DNA from: Dictyostelium discoideum
Lineage: Eukaryota
NCBI GenBank assembly: GCA_000004695.1
Contig: CM000153.2
Span: forward strand, 5,088,001 to 5,152,000
Length of the DNA stretch: 64,000 nucleotides
Direction: 5' to 3'
Every line of letters starts with the position of its first letter. Within the stretch, counting starts at the first letter, position 1. This document shows positions 38,978 through 52,536 of this stretch, piece by piece. Position numbers and translations under genes: made by a program. The notes beneath the pieces were generated by a model, which saw only the letters and a list, made by a program, of their open reading frames with translations, had not been told where the DNA came from and made no database searches.

Positions 38978-41900
38978 ATGGATAAAACTATAGAAATTGA
39001 AAAATTAATTAAAATATTAATTGAAAAACAAAAAGAAGAAGAGATTGATGTATCTGAATTATCAGAATCAATTAAAAAAGTTTCTAAATTTATTTTACAA
39101 AATAATTATCAAGATATTGAGAATCAAAAAGATGAAATTACCAATCAAGAAATTAGTAGATGGGTAACATCAGTTTGTACATTAAAACAAAGTATTGAAA
39201 TGATTGCTAAAAAAGTTGGAATAATGGGAGACTATTTACCAACCATTAGATTTGGTGTATCATGGATTGAAAAAGGTAGACCAATTCTAATTAGATTATT
39301 ATCAATTGAAAGTACACCAATGAAAACCATTAAAGAATTCATTCGTATGGCTAAAATATCAAGATTGGAATTGAATTCTAAAATACCCGATGATACTGAA
39401 GATGTTGAAAAATTACTCACATCTGATAGAGATCACTTTATCAATATTGAATCAATCATTCATAGAGTCATCAACTATGGTAAAAAAAATATGATTGAAC
39501 AAATTGATACATTACATTCAATGGGTGCAAGTTTGGAAGTTGTTCAATTCCAAGGATTTAATAAAAAAACACCATTGGATTGTTCGGTTGATATCGAGAA
39601 TTTAGAATTATTTAAATATTTAATAAACAAAGGTGCAGGTGAAAAAGCATTACATAATAATGTGAATTCATTCTATAAGAAACAACCTCAAGAGATTAAA
39701 GCAACTCTTAGACCATTCATAAAGAAACTTTTCTTAATCAATGCAAAAATTGCATGGAGATTAGCATTTGATGAAATTTTTACAACTAAACCAATGGCAA
39801 CTTCTGGTGGTAATAGATTATGTAAAACTGCAACAATGAATGATAGATATATTACACCAACAATTTATGAAATGATTTTTAATAATGATGGTACCCCAAG
39901 GAATAACAACGAGACCAATAGTACTGCCATTGGTGGTAGAGCCAGAGCCAGGCCAATAATGGAATCAAATGGTAATTTTTTAATTGCAAAATTTCAACCA
40001 CAATTCCCTGCAATGGAATTAATTACAATTAAACTCACTCAAAATTTATTTGGTGAAGCTGCACCATTTTCAGAGTTAATTAAAATTGATAACTATCCAA
40101 TTATTATCACTCAAAAAGTTGAGGGTGATATATTATCTGATTTAATTTCATCAACCAATCCAATGGATCATAATAAACTTTTAAACCTTGACACTTCATC
40201 AATGTCAAAATTGTTTGTATCGGAAATGATAATTAATTCTGCCAAAGGTTCATTCAATGATTTCATAGTATCACCAATTTTAAATCAAGATATCACTGAT
40301 GAAACACCTCAAAAATATAAATTGGTTAGAATTGAAAATGAACTATCATTTGTTCCATCATCACCAACACTATTGACTACATCAGCTTTACTATTTCTTG
40401 GTGGTAAAAATTCAGCATCAGTCAATTCATGTTTGTACCTTTTAAATGAAATGAATGATCAAGTTCATCAAGATGTAATTGACCGTTTCATTGGATTAGA
40501 TGTCACAACATTCCTAACCGATTGGTTATTTAGTGTATTAAATACTCATAATACATCATTAGATTTATTCGATCATAATCATGATTCAATTCAACATTTT
40601 AATATTGAAAATGATAAATCTTATGTTGGTGTATCATTACCATATGGCCAAATTCAATCACTTTATTCAAAATTGAATAGAATTAAAAATGTTCTCTCAA
40701 AGAAAAGATATTCTGGTAATTTAACTCATTGGCAATTATTAGAAATTATTGAACCATCAATTGCAAATATTTATAGACCATTTTTACCAAATTATCAACC
40801 ACCACCACCATCACAACTACCATCACAAACATTTAAAATGATTAAAGAGAAATTTATAGAATTTCAAAATAAATGTCATACTGAAACATTAACTTCTTCA
40901 TTCATTTATGAATCAAGAGGTATTGTAGTTAAAACTCAAAAACAACTCGAAATTGAAAGAAAAGAGTTATTAGTACTTGAAAAGAAAATTGAAGAAATAA
41001 AGAATTTAAAAAAAGAAAGAGATCCAATAACTGAAAGAAATTTTAAAAAATTAAATGAAAGAAAGAAAATTCTTGAAGATTCATTAACTGATGAAATTCA
41101 AGAGTTTGCTTCAATTAAAGAGGAAGTGAATCAACATGAACAATTACTTGAAAAGATTGAAAATGAATCACCAATTGAAACTATTTTAAGTGGTTTAAAG
41201 AAACAAGCAACATCACCATCACCATTATCAACCACAACTGGTGTTCAATGGGAAACTTTAATTGATAAAATCGATTTTTCAAAAGCAAATATCAATTCAT
41301 CATCATCATCAGATAATCATCAAATGATTTTAGATATTATTGGTTCAATTAAAGATTTACGTTTTTATCGTATTAAAAATAGTAATAAATTAACAATTGA
41401 CAGTTTTAGATCAAGTACATTACAATCAATAAATTCAATTAAGAAATTGTATATTACAAATTGTCAAACTTTATTAAACTTTCAAAATTCATCATTATTT
41501 GGTGGAAAATCATCATTGGTAATGACAGCATTAACTCATTTCAAAGTTGATCAATGTAAGAAATTAACAACCATTAAATTGGATGCACCAAATTTAGTAT
41601 CATTCTCTTCAACCAATTGTTCAGAATTGAGTGAATGGGATTTAAAAGCACCAAAATTAAGAAAATTAAAAATTCAAGCAAATAAAATCTCTACTCAAAC
41701 AATGTCAACTTTTGAAAAGAATTTCCCATTATTGAGTTATTTAGATATTAGTAGAATTGTTGCACCATCTTCAAAGAATGTTTTAACAATACTAGAACTA
41801 TCTCATTGGAAGAATTTAGAAACTTTAATTGCTGATGGAGTTGTTTCAATTGAAAAGATTTCAATCACAAATCAACTAAAAAAATTATCAACATTAAACT

Positions 41901-43388
41901 TTAAAGGTTGTTCATCATTGAAAGAGATTCAATCAAACAGTATTACAAATAAATCATCATCACCATCACCAGTTTGTCCAATCTTACAAAGATTAGATTT
42001 AACTGATACTTTAATACCAATCGAAAGACATTCACAATTACTTCATTCATTGAATAATATGAAAAAGGTTGTAATTTGTGGTTTAAATGATATTCTTTCA
42101 TTTAGTTCATCTATTAATTTATTTGATGAAATTGTAAATGGTGTTGTAGTTAAATGTGCAACTAGAAATAAGGTTGAAGAGGTTATCCATATGGATCAAT
42201 TATTCCAATATAATTATTCAATTGAACCAACAATTCCTCCAAGATTATTTCAACAAACAAACTCATTGGTATTGTTAATGGATTCAAGTAATATTCATGA
42301 TTCTGCTAGATTATTTGAAAAGTATTGTCATCATTTGAAAATCGGTGGTAATTCACAAAAAATTAATAAACCAAATAAAATTTGTTTAGTCTATCTTGCA
42401 AATGGTAATGGTGGTATAACAACTCAAATCGATAGAGATACAAATAAATCTTGTAAATTATTCATTAAAGATTTCATTAAAAGTGATGTTTGTGCAAATC
42501 TTGAAGTTCATTACATTAGAATCAAAGGTGTCAATAAGAAATATAAACGTGCTGCAATTAGAGAAACCATTACACTATTATTAAACACTGATTCTTTCTC
42601 TAGTGTTGTTGATAATAATAATAATGGAATTAATCATAAAGCTGCTCAAAAAGAAATTAATCAATCTTATCAAATCAAAATTCAAAAAGAGTTGGAATCA
42701 TTTTATGATAATTTAATTAGTAAAGATTTAACTGTAGTTGAAATTTTAAATCAATTAGAACATTCAAACTATGTTGAATTTGCCAACTCACTTAAGAATC
42801 ATGTTGCAACCATTCAATTATTCAATAGTTTAATGAGTGATTCATTATCATGTTTCTTTAGAAATTTAAAGAAATTTTATTTAATTGCAAAGATTGAACA
42901 TAATCCAATCAATGATTTTGATGATTCAACCACTAGCGATAACTATAGTTCCTATGGTAGTGTTTCATATAAAACTGGTATTAAAGGTACAATCAATTAC
43001 TCAACTGAAAATAATGATAATACTGAAATCTTAACTTGGTTAGATGATTATTTCTCAAAGGATGTTGATACTCTCTTTAGATGTAGTACCAAAGATGAAC
43101 CAATCAATTTAAATTTCAACTCTACAAAATTACTTTGTCGTTGTATTGAATCTGGTTGTATTCCTGCTTTCTATTGGTATCTCTCAAGAAATTCAAAACT
43201 TTTAGAACAACGTTTCAATGAAGATGAATCAAACTTTTATTTTGATTCAAGTCCAATTACAAGTTTAGTACAATATGATTCAATTGATACTATTAAATGG
43301 TTAAATTTTAATAATTATTTAAATAATAAAAATAATAATAATAATAATAATAATAATTTAAATAGTAATAATAATAATAATAATAATG

Positions 43389-43468
<80 letters not shown>

Positions 43469-43999
43469 TTTAAATCAAAAATATTAAATGCTGGATTACT
43501 TAAAGCATGTCAACTAGGTAAAATTGAAATCTTCAAACTTTTATTAACAGATGAATATGGTGCAAATTATTTACATCGTGATGATGATTCACTCTTATCA
43601 CCAATTCATATGGCTGCTCAAGGTGGTCATGTTGGAATCATGAGATTATTATTTGGACGTCATAGTAAAGATAATGCAAACTCATCAGAATTAATGAATT
43701 CAAAAGATCTACAAGGAAATTCTCCATTACATTATGCAGTTCAAAATTGTAGAACCTCTGTTGTTGAATATCTTTTAAATGAAAAAGGTGATGACATCAA
43801 TAAACAAAATATTTCTGGCGAAACTCCAATCTTCCAATTACTCACTGAAATTGAAAAAGATCCAACAAATAATAGTTTAGACGCACTCTTTCATGAATTA
43901 AAAGATTTCTATAATGCTAAACTTGAAATCACTGTTTATAAAAATCCTTTTGATATTCTAAAAAAATATGCTTCCATTAAAGAAGAAATTCAACATTAA
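38978..43999 (+). CDS. Large (1,673 aa) ankyrin-repeat and cysteine-containing LRR protein with a coiled-coil segment. Central domain of unknown, possibly atypical-kinase-like, fold.
   Basis: Seen in sequence: C-terminal ankyrin repeats ('SPIHMAAQGGHVGIMRLLF', 'GNSPLHYAVQNCRTSVVEYLLNE', 'GETPIFQLL'). An F-box/LRR-like CC-LRR run ('KKLYITNCQTLLNF', 'DQCKKLTTIKLDAPNLVSFSSTNCSELSEW', 'NFKGCSSLKEIQ'). A K/E-rich coiled coil lies around 40.9-41.2 kb. A poly-N tract lies at 43.3 kb. Confidence 0.65.
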
Positions 44000-44152
44000 A
44001 CAAAATGAAAATAAAAATAAAATTAAATTTCGCAAAATGTTAAAACCAAACCTCATTTTTTGAAAAAAAAAAAAAAATTTTTCGTTTTTTTGATTTTTTT
44101 GATTTTTTTATTTTTTTTATTTATTTTTTCTAGCACCAACCAAACCCCAAAA

Positions 44153-44443
44153 ATGAACAGAGGAATAAGAACTATAACGAGACATTTCAACAAATTAAAT
44201 AATTTAAATTTTAGTTCGAAATATACACCAACTTTTAAAACGACGCCTATAAATTCACTACCAACATTCACAAAACCAAATGATTCCAATAATAATGTCA
44301 ATAAATCGTCCAACGATGGTGTCAATAATAATATAATTACAAGTACCATAATGCGAACAATTGGATTTGATCAATTTTTATTATGTGTTATAAATGATGG
44401 TAATTTTCTTTTAATTATTTTTAAATTTTTGACCTTAAAATAA
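44153..44443 (+). CDS. Small hypothetical protein with a presequence-like basic/hydroxylated N-terminus ('MNRGIRTITRHFNKL...'). Possibly mitochondrial.
   Basis: Seen in sequence: the ORF-track frame 44060..44443 has an internal ATG at 44153 after a poly-K/F low-complexity lead. 'MRTIGFDQFLLCVINDG' is followed by a possible GTAATT donor at about 44399. No family was recognised. Confidence 0.3.
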   Translation: MNRGIRTITRHFNKLNNLNFSSKYTPTFKTTPINSLPTFTKPNDSNNNVNKSSNDGVNNNIITSTIMRTIGFDQFLLCVINDGNFLLIIFKFLTLK

Positions 44444-44553
44444 ATATAGATATTAACCTTTTATATCTTTTTTTTTTTTTTTTTTTTATTTCTCTTTTTT
44501 TAGATGATGATGGTACGTGATAAAATAAATTATTTTAAAAATATTAAAAAAAA

Positions 44554-44659
44554 GAACAAACATTAATTTATCAAAATTTTTAAAAGGGTCGTGATAGAAA
44601 AAAAAAGAACAAACATTAATTTATCAAAATTTTTAAAAGGGTTGTGATAGAAAAAAAAA
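44554..44659. repeat. Tandem direct duplication, two copies of 53 bp with one mismatch
   Basis: Seen in sequence: 'gaacaaacattaatttatcaaaatttttaaaagggtcgtgatagaaaaaaaaa' is followed immediately by the same string with c>t ('gggttgtgataga'). Confidence 0.85.
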
Positions 44660-44944
44660 AAAAAAAGAAATAGTTTGTAATAAATATTTACACATGAACC
44701 AAAAGAAAAAAAAAAAAAGAATTGTTTTTATTAAAAAATATAGTTTGTTTATTATTTATAAAATTAGTTAGATTATATAAAAAAAAGTTTTTTTTTTTTT
44801 TTTTTTTTTTCTTTTTCCTGGTTTTTTTTTTTTGGACAATATTACTATATCTATATATAATCATATTTTGGTTTTTTTTTTTTTTTTTTTTATTTTCCCA
44901 ATAAGAAAAAAAAAAAAAAAAATAATAATAATAATTTAAATTAT

Positions 44945-46730
44945 TTAATTAATTTGAGTATTAACTAAACCACCAGCAACACCATCAACAAAATTATCCA
45001 AAAACTTTTTAGTGATTCTAGTATAATTTGTAACTTGTTCTTTCCATTTTATAAATGCTTGATAATCTTCCAATTTATCTAAACTTTGTTCATATTGAGT
45101 TGATAAAAGATTGGTATGTTTTTCGAGATCTTCTTGAAGGTATTCGAAAAGATTACGTTCTTGAGATTTTTTATCCAAATAGTAACCATAGACATAGGAG
45201 TATTGTAATACACGACGATTCTTTAATAACTGTTCAGTTGCCTCCATAAGGAATTTGGTATCAGCCGATCTAACATCGAATTTACTTAAGATTTGTTGTT
45301 CCTTAAGATGTGCGTTCCTTCTTTGTTCATCGGCGATCTTCATAGCGTTTCTATGTGATTCATATCTGTGGTAGTAAAACATATATGCCTCTAATTCAGT
45401 TTTAGCATCATGTGCTTTATCATCATCTTCTTTGGCTTTTGATTTATCATATTTGTTACAATTGTAATAACCACCAGTGGTTGAACCATGTTCAGTCCAT
45501 GGACCACGACATAGCCAACAAAATTCAAATCCACAACCACCTGCATTCTTTCTACATGTCATATGCATACAACCACCTTAATTTTATAATAATAAAAATA
45601 AAAAAATAATGAAAATTAGTATAAATAAATTTTTTTAAAAAAAAAAAAAAAAAAAAAAGTTATAATTTACTTACCATTCTTTTCAATTGGACTACGACAT
45701 TCTGGACATTTTTTAGTATTTGCTAACATCCAAGTTACATTTTCAGATTCATCAGAAGCTTTTTGAAGCCATTTGTCAACTTGACTACATGGACATGGCA
45801 TATGATCACCAATTTCATAATCATTACAATTGAAACAATATTGGAAACCACATTTACAATTAACTGCTTCTTTACGTTCTTTACGATCGCATCTAATAGA
45901 ATATATACAACCAGGAGCTGGACACCATTTAACTTGTGGATTATCATCTACATATGATTTCAAAATAAAGTTATTGAAACGTTCAAACACTTCTGGTGAT
46001 ACAATTTGTTTGAATGCATCTTGATGTACGATTACTTTACATTTTGGTGCTGGACATGGTGTATAAATACATTCAGGTCCTTCACTAACTTTTATCTCTA
46101 AATAGTTTTTATAACATGGTAAACAATAACGATGATTACAAATTAATGCAAATGTTTGTGTTGGTGGGTAATCTTCTAAACAAATTAAACATGAAACATT
46201 TCCACTCTTTTCTACAATTGTTGCATTTAATTTCATAACATTTGGTACACCTGCATCTATACATAATTTCTCTGGATTTTCCATATATCTTTCAATTAAT
46301 TTTTCTTTATTCCATCTATAAAAATAAAACAATAATAATAAAAATAAAAAAAAAATAAAAAAAAAAAAAAAAAAAAAAGGTTAGAATTTATAAATTATTT
46401 AAAAAAAAAAAACTTTTAAAAATAAAAAATTAAAACTTACTTCATATGTCTTAATAAAGTTGAAACAGCAGCTTCAGATGGAATACTTAAAACATCTTTA
46501 ACTTCTTTTATAATTTTATGAGATTCTGAGAAAAGATCATCTTTATTTAAAACTTCAAAACTCTTTTGTCTTGTTAATTTACCTAGAGATCTTTGTGGTT
46601 GGTTTTCATCAAAATCAAACTCTTGGGTTGCTGCATCATCATATTCTGTATCATCTAATGATTCGTTTCCTGACTCTTCGGCTGAATCATCATCTACATC
46701 ATAATCTTCATACATTTCATCGTCTGTCAT
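44945..46730 (-). CDS. Ariadne-type RBR (RING1-IBR-RING2) E3 ubiquitin ligase, 517 aa. Three exons: complement(join(44945..45576,45675..46306,46441..46730))
   Basis: Seen in sequence: exon 1 is an acidic N-terminus 'MTDDEMYEDYDVDDD...STLLRHMK'. After a GTAAGT donor, exon 2 continues 'WNKEKLIERYMENPEKL' (cf. ARIH1 'HFKWDKEKLMERY'). It holds RING1 ('CLICLEDY..CNHRYCLPCYKNY') and the IBR ('CPAPGC..CKCGFQYCFNCN'), and ends 'CPECRSPIEKNG' before a GTAAGT donor. Exon 3 begins 'GCMHMTCRKNAGGCGFEFCWLCRGPWTEHG' (RING2/Rcat, cf. ARIH1 'DGGCNHMVC..CKAEFCWVCLGPWEPHG'). This is followed by the Ariadne C-terminal helical domain. The exon lengths sum to 518 codons. It is probably the Dictyostelium ariadne homolog (rbrA-like). 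I did not assign the symbol. Confidence 0.85.
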
Positions 46731-47284
46731 TGCGGTTGAATTATTTAGTTTTTGTTTTTTATTTTTACGTTCTTGTGATGAATTTGGTTGTTGTTGTTGT
46801 TCAGAATCACTAAAATTGCTTAGTTGTTTGTGTGAATCTGTGTTGTTATTACTAATATTTTCTGCTTTTACTGTTGCTGCAGTTTTGGTTGTTGTTGTTG
46901 TTGTTATTCTTTTTTAATTTTTTTTTACCAAACCAACAATTATTATGTGTGATTAGGTATATTATATATTTTGTTAAAATATATATATGGGTGTATAAGT
47001 GTGCGTTTGTGTTGTGTTGTGTGTGTATGTATGTATGTATGTGTGTGAGTAAATATATATAAATAATAATTATAAAAATAAAAAAAGAAAAAAAAAGTTG
47101 ATGTGTGATATAATATTAAATATATTTTATAAAATATGGTGTTTTTTTTTTTTTTTTATTATTATTATTTTATTTTTTATTTATTTTTTTTTTTTTTTTT
47201 TTATTTTTTTACTTTTTTTTATTTATTTTTATTTATTTATTTATTTTTTTATGTACAAAAAGAAATAATTGTGGTGTGTTTTAA

Positions 47285-47315
<31 letters not shown>

Positions 47316-47447
47316 TAAAAAAAAAAAAAATTAATTTTTTGTTTTTAATTAAAAAAAAAATGAAAATAAAAAAAAATAAAAAAAAATAAAATTAAAAAAA
47401 AAAATAAAATAAAAAATAAAATAAATATAAAAAAAAAAAAAAAAAAA

Positions 47448-47560
47448 AACATTTATAAAACATAGTTTTCTCACGAATATGAAGTTACTAAAAAAAAATT
47501 AGAATAACGCCAAATTTTTAGTAAATTTATATTCGTGAGAAAACTTTGTTTTATAAATTT
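47448..47560. repeat. Near-perfect ~30-bp inverted repeat (palindrome) with a ~30-bp loop, in the divergent promoter region between the ariadne gene and the 48274 gene
   Basis: Seen in sequence: left arm 'atttataaaacatagttttctcacgaatat' (about 47451-47480). Right arm 'atattcgtgagaaaactttgttttataaat' (about 47529-47558) is its reverse complement with one mismatch. The loop is 'gaagttactaaaaaaaaattagaataacgccaaatttttagtaaattt', which is itself partly self-complementary. The flanks are 100% A/T homopolymers. Confidence 0.75.
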
Positions 47561-48273
47561 TTTTTTTTTTTTTTTTTTTTTATTTTTTCAGTTATTTGTT
47601 TTTAATTAAGGAAAAAAAATAAAAAAAATTGGAATTGTCCTAATTTTTTTTTTTTTTTTTTTTTATTTTTTTTAATATTTCCATACGGATAAAATTTTAG
47701 AATAAATATCCTCTTTCTAGAATGTTTGATCTTTTACATTTTATTTATTAAATAATATTACAACCCATTTAATATAAAAAATAAATAAAAAAACAAAAAA
47801 AAAAAAATAATTTTAATTAAATATTTACAATTAAATAAATACCAATCATATTTTAATAAACAAATAATAATATTTTTTTTCCAAAAAAAAAAAAAAATAA
47901 AAAAATAAAAATTTATAATATCTAAATGGATAATATTGTATTATAAATAAAAAAAAAATTTATAATATCGAAAAATCGTTATCAGTAAAAAAAAAAAATA
48001 AATAAATAAAATACATAAAAAAATACTTGTTTACAAAAAAATGATTTTTTTTTATTTTTTTTTTATTTTATTTTTTAATTTCTTTTTTATTTTTTTTTTA
48101 TTTTATTTTTTAATTTTTTTTTTTAATTAATTTTTATAAAAAATTTTATATTTTTTTTTTCTTTTTCTTTTTTTTTTTTTTTTTTTGACACTTTGGATTC
48201 ACACCACTTTAAAAAAAAAAAAAACTAAAAAACTAAAAAAAAAACTAAAATAAAAAAAACAAAAAAATACACA

Positions 48274-49659
48274 ATGGATAATGGTAATAATAATAATAAT
48301 AATAATAACAATGAAAATAATAATGAAAATAAAGATTTTATAGTGGTTGGTGGGATGACATTTTCAACAAATTTTAGAAGAAATAAACCTGCACCAGTAA
48401 TTCAAGCAAATTTTAATAATAATAATAGTTTTATTGGTAGCCCAACAAATACAAATACAACAGTAGCATCGATAAATTCGCCTCAAAATAATAATACCAA
48501 TAATACCAATAATAATAATAATAATAATAATACCAATAATAATATTAATAATACAAATTCTAATAAAAATAATAATAAACAACAACCACAGCAATTTAAA
48601 AGAAGTAAAAAGAAAGATAAATCAAAAGATAAAAAAAACTATCAAGAAGCATTGGCTAGTGGCATGACTGTTGAACAATTACAAAAACTTGAACAAAAAA
48701 AGAATAAAAATCAATATAATGGAAAAAATAAAAAGAAATTACCCTCCTATAATAACAATTTAAATAATGGTCAAATAGATGGCCCAAATAGTAATAGATC
48801 ACCATATGCACCAGTTGATAATAATAATAATAATAACAATAAAAAAAATGGCAATGACAATAAAAAGAAAAAGAGAATTGATACTATAAATAATTTAGAT
48901 CCAATACTATATGATGAAAATCAATATTTGACAAAATTAGAGAAAGAAGTTGAACAATCAAGAGAAAACGAATTAGTTGGTTTCATAAATGATATGAGTT
49001 TTTCAGAAGAAGAAAATAATAATGACGATGATGATGATGACAGTGACGATAATCAAGATGAAAATAATAATAAAAATAATAATAGTATTAAAGATATTAA
49101 AAATAATAAAAATAAAAACAATAGTATTAGAAATAGCAATGATATTTTAAGAAATCTTTCATTTGATGATTCTGCTGATAAATATTTATTTGGTGGACAA
49201 CCAAAAAATAAAAGTAAAAAATATAAACAACAACAACAACAACAGCAACAGCAACAACAAAACAGAATTAAAAAAGTAGATTCAAATGGTAATACAGAAG
49301 ATGAAGAGGAGAATAATAATAATAATAATAATAATGAAAAATTAGATAGTGATGAAGAAATTGATTTAGATTTAGAGGCATTATCATATAAAAAAAGATG
49401 TAGACTTCAAAGAATTCATTCAAAAAATAACAAAACTAAAAAACAATATAAATCAAAACATACTGAAAAGGTTTCATTTATTGGTGGCTCTTATCTTAAT
49501 GATGTTTTTAATGAAGAGAATACTAATTTAGAAAAGAGTTTTTCACCACCACTTTTACCAAAAAGAGTATCATTTGTTCAACCACATCAAAATGAAGTTA
49601 TCATTTTGTCATCATCGAGTGAAGATACTCCTCAACAAAATTCAAATCAAGTCGTACCA

Positions 49660-49745
<86 letters not shown>

Positions 49746-50364
49746 TAATAAAAATGAAATATCAACACTTTCTCTTCAAAAATCTAAAATTGATCAAAAT
49801 AGTGATAGCTACGATAGTGAAGAACAATATGATGAAGATGAAGAAGATGAAACTGATCCTTACGATTATGATAGTGAAGAAGAAGAGGAGGAGGAGAATG
49901 ATAATGAAACTGATTCAGATAATTTCCAAGATGACAGTGGAGAATATGACGAAAATGAAGAAGAAGAATTTGATGAAGATGAAGAAACTGATACAGACTT
50001 TAAATTGGACTTGCAAATATCACATGTAAATGAAAATGATGAAGAGGATTCATACGACTCATTGGAATCCTCAGCGAGTGACAATGATAAAAATTGTAGT
50101 AGATTTCAATCGTGTTATATCAATTCAGAACCATCTGGTGATGAAGTATTCATTAATCCATTCAAACAAAGAGAAGTCGTTGAAATTTCAGATGATTGTT
50201 ATAGTGTTTCTGATGATAGTGATTTTACTGATCAAGAAGAGGTTAGAAAAAGTTCTTTCTCTGATTGGATTAAAAAAGTTCATGGTCCATCAATAGTTTT
50301 ACCAAAGAAATTAACTACTACTACTACTACTACTACTAATAATAATAATAATAATAATAATAAC

Positions 50365-50409
<45 letters not shown>

Positions 50410-50528
50410 CCTTTAATTTCTTCAAATTTAACATACAATACTCCAAATAATAACAATAGTATCTCTACCAATAATTTAAATAACAATAATAATTTAAATA
50501 ATGTAATAGTTGTACCAGATGACGATGA

Positions 50529-50576
<48 letters not shown>

Positions 50577-50958
50577 CAATAATAATAATAATGATAATAA
50601 TAATAATACAAATGAAAACAAATCAAAACCATTATCAAGCTCACCAGTACCAGAGATTATTGACTTAGATTCATTTGATTCATTTAGTAAAAGAGTTGAC
50701 CATATAAACTCTATTAATATGGCTAATTACTTGGCATCACCTTATAAAATTAGTTTATATCCATATGTTAGTGAAGCAATTGAATCAAGTGTAACATTGA
50801 AAAAGGATATCAATGAATTGTTTGACAAAGGTGCCTCGATTTCTCAACTCTCAATTAAACAATTAACTTCAATTGCAACTTTATTCGATAATTTAATTTT
50901 AAGACGTTTTGAAAAGTTTGTATTTTTTTATTTTTGTTTTATAAAAATATATTTATAA
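48274..50958 (+). CDS. Low-complexity Asn-rich, acidic nuclear-type protein (894 aa in the ORF). Possibly the upstream part of the G-patch gene below.
   Basis: Seen in sequence: long ORF with (AAT)n poly-N, a poly-Q, Asp/Glu-rich blocks and basic KKxK clusters. No globular domain was recognised. The ORF closes with 'LILRRFEKFVFFYFCFIKIYL*', which looks like read-through into an intron. A GTATTT donor follows 'EKF'. Confidence 0.5.
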
Positions 50959-50982
50959 ATAATATATTAACATATGTATTTG

Positions 50983-51016
<34 letters not shown>

Positions 51017-51035
51017 TGAATTTCCATTATGGCCA

Positions 51036-51702
51036 ATGTCAAAGTTAGCAACACACCAAGTGGAATTTTTATCACAACAATATGGAATTTATAGGGAAAC
51101 AAAAAAGATTAAAGATAGACATACAATTTGCTTATTGATCCCATCAAATATTAAAAAACCATCAATAAAGAAAAAAGATAATTTTATTTTGGCTGCACAA
51201 TCTGAATCTGGTGAATATACTGTTCATGACAGTTTATTTGGTAATTCCAATCTTACTCCTAAGATGACGACGACAACAACCACTACAACTACAACAACTA
51301 CTTCAACATCACCATCGCCATCCCCTTCAAGTAAAGATGGTGGTATGAGAAGAAAAGGAAAAAAGCCATTCACTGGAAGATTTGGTCCGGTTGGTGGTGG
51401 TCCAAAATATCGTAAAAATTCTTTCCCTCAAGCCCAATCTAAAAAACAAAAACTATCAACCAAAAAAGGTCAAAGACAAAATATTGTTGGTGGTGGTGGT
51501 AATGGTGGTAATAAATCTGGTACAACAGTAAAACATGGTGATATTGTTGCAGATGGCATTGCCGCTATCCCAAGTACAAATATTGGTAGTAGCTTACTTA
51601 AGAAAATGGGTTGGTCAGGTGGTGGTCTTGGTGTTAATGGTCAAGGTTTAGAGGAACCAATTAAAGCTGTAGTAAAAAAAGAAAGATCAGGTTTGGGTTT
51701 TG

Positions 51703-51707
<5 letters not shown>
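51036..51707 (+). CDS. G-patch domain protein (C-terminal G-patch), 223 aa if it starts at the ATG. May instead be the 3' exon of the 48274 gene.
   Basis: Seen in sequence: the C-terminal 'GIAAIPSTNIGSSLLKKMGWSGGGLGVNGQGLEEPIKAVVKKERSGLGF' is a canonical G-patch (GxxxLxKMGWxxGxGLGxxxQG). It is preceded by a Gly-rich RG/GG region. The ORF-track frame is open from 50934. The ATG is at 51036 ('MSKLATHQ'). Confidence 0.55.
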
Positions 51708-51747
<40 letters not shown>

Positions 51748-52536
51748 GTAACATTTATTATCACCTTATATGTATAACTACATTAAAATCATCATCTTTT
51801 TATTGTAAATAAAAAAAAAAAACTCATACTCATTCGTTTTTAGATTATCATAAATTACTTTTTTATTTTTTCTATTTATTTATTTTTTTTATTTAATTAT
51901 TTTATTTTATTTATTTATTTTTTTTAAAAAAAAACAAATGTAATGTTTCTTTGGACTCAACTCACAACAAACGACACTTATTATGATGTCACCATCTACG
52001 GGTTACGCACACATTTGCCTCTCAGTGATTTGAGGGTTTTTATTTTTTATTTATATATTTATTTTTTTTTTTTTTTTTTTTTTTTTTAACCCGCAATGGA
52101 TAAATATCCAAAAAAAAAAAACAGGTTTTGTCATCGTCAAAAAAAAAAATAAAAAAAAAAAAATAAAAAATAAAATAAAATAAAATAAAATAAAATAAAA
52201 GTTATTTATTGTAATATTACAAATTAATTTGGGTTTTCAAAAGCTTCTTTAGTTACCAAGCCAATCTACTATTTTTCCAAGCGTTGCTAAGAAAAAAAAA
52301 TAAAAAATAAAAAAAAATTATTTTAACGAAATTTTGATCAAAAAGTGATGTATTGCTTTTTAAAAAAAAGATATTTTTTTTTTTTCCACCTCAATTTTAT
52401 TTTTTTTTGAATTAAATTTATTTATTTTTTTTTTTTTAAAACCTTCCGTTTTTTTTTTTTTGGTTGTATAAATGATTTTTTTTTTTGTTAATTATTTTGT
52501 TAAAATTTAAAAACAATAAATATATATATAAAAAAA

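Noticed and set aside
45055-46024. Four 64-70-aa ORFs overlapping the ariadne exons on both strands
   Set aside because: They overlap a strongly supported RBR coding sequence in other frames. There is no independent evidence for them.
49574-50621. ORFs 49574..50029 +, 49866..50084 -, 50030..50296 + and 50280..50621 - inside the N-rich gene
   Set aside because: These are alternate-frame or antisense readings of (AAT)n and acidic repeats in the 48274..50958 coding region.
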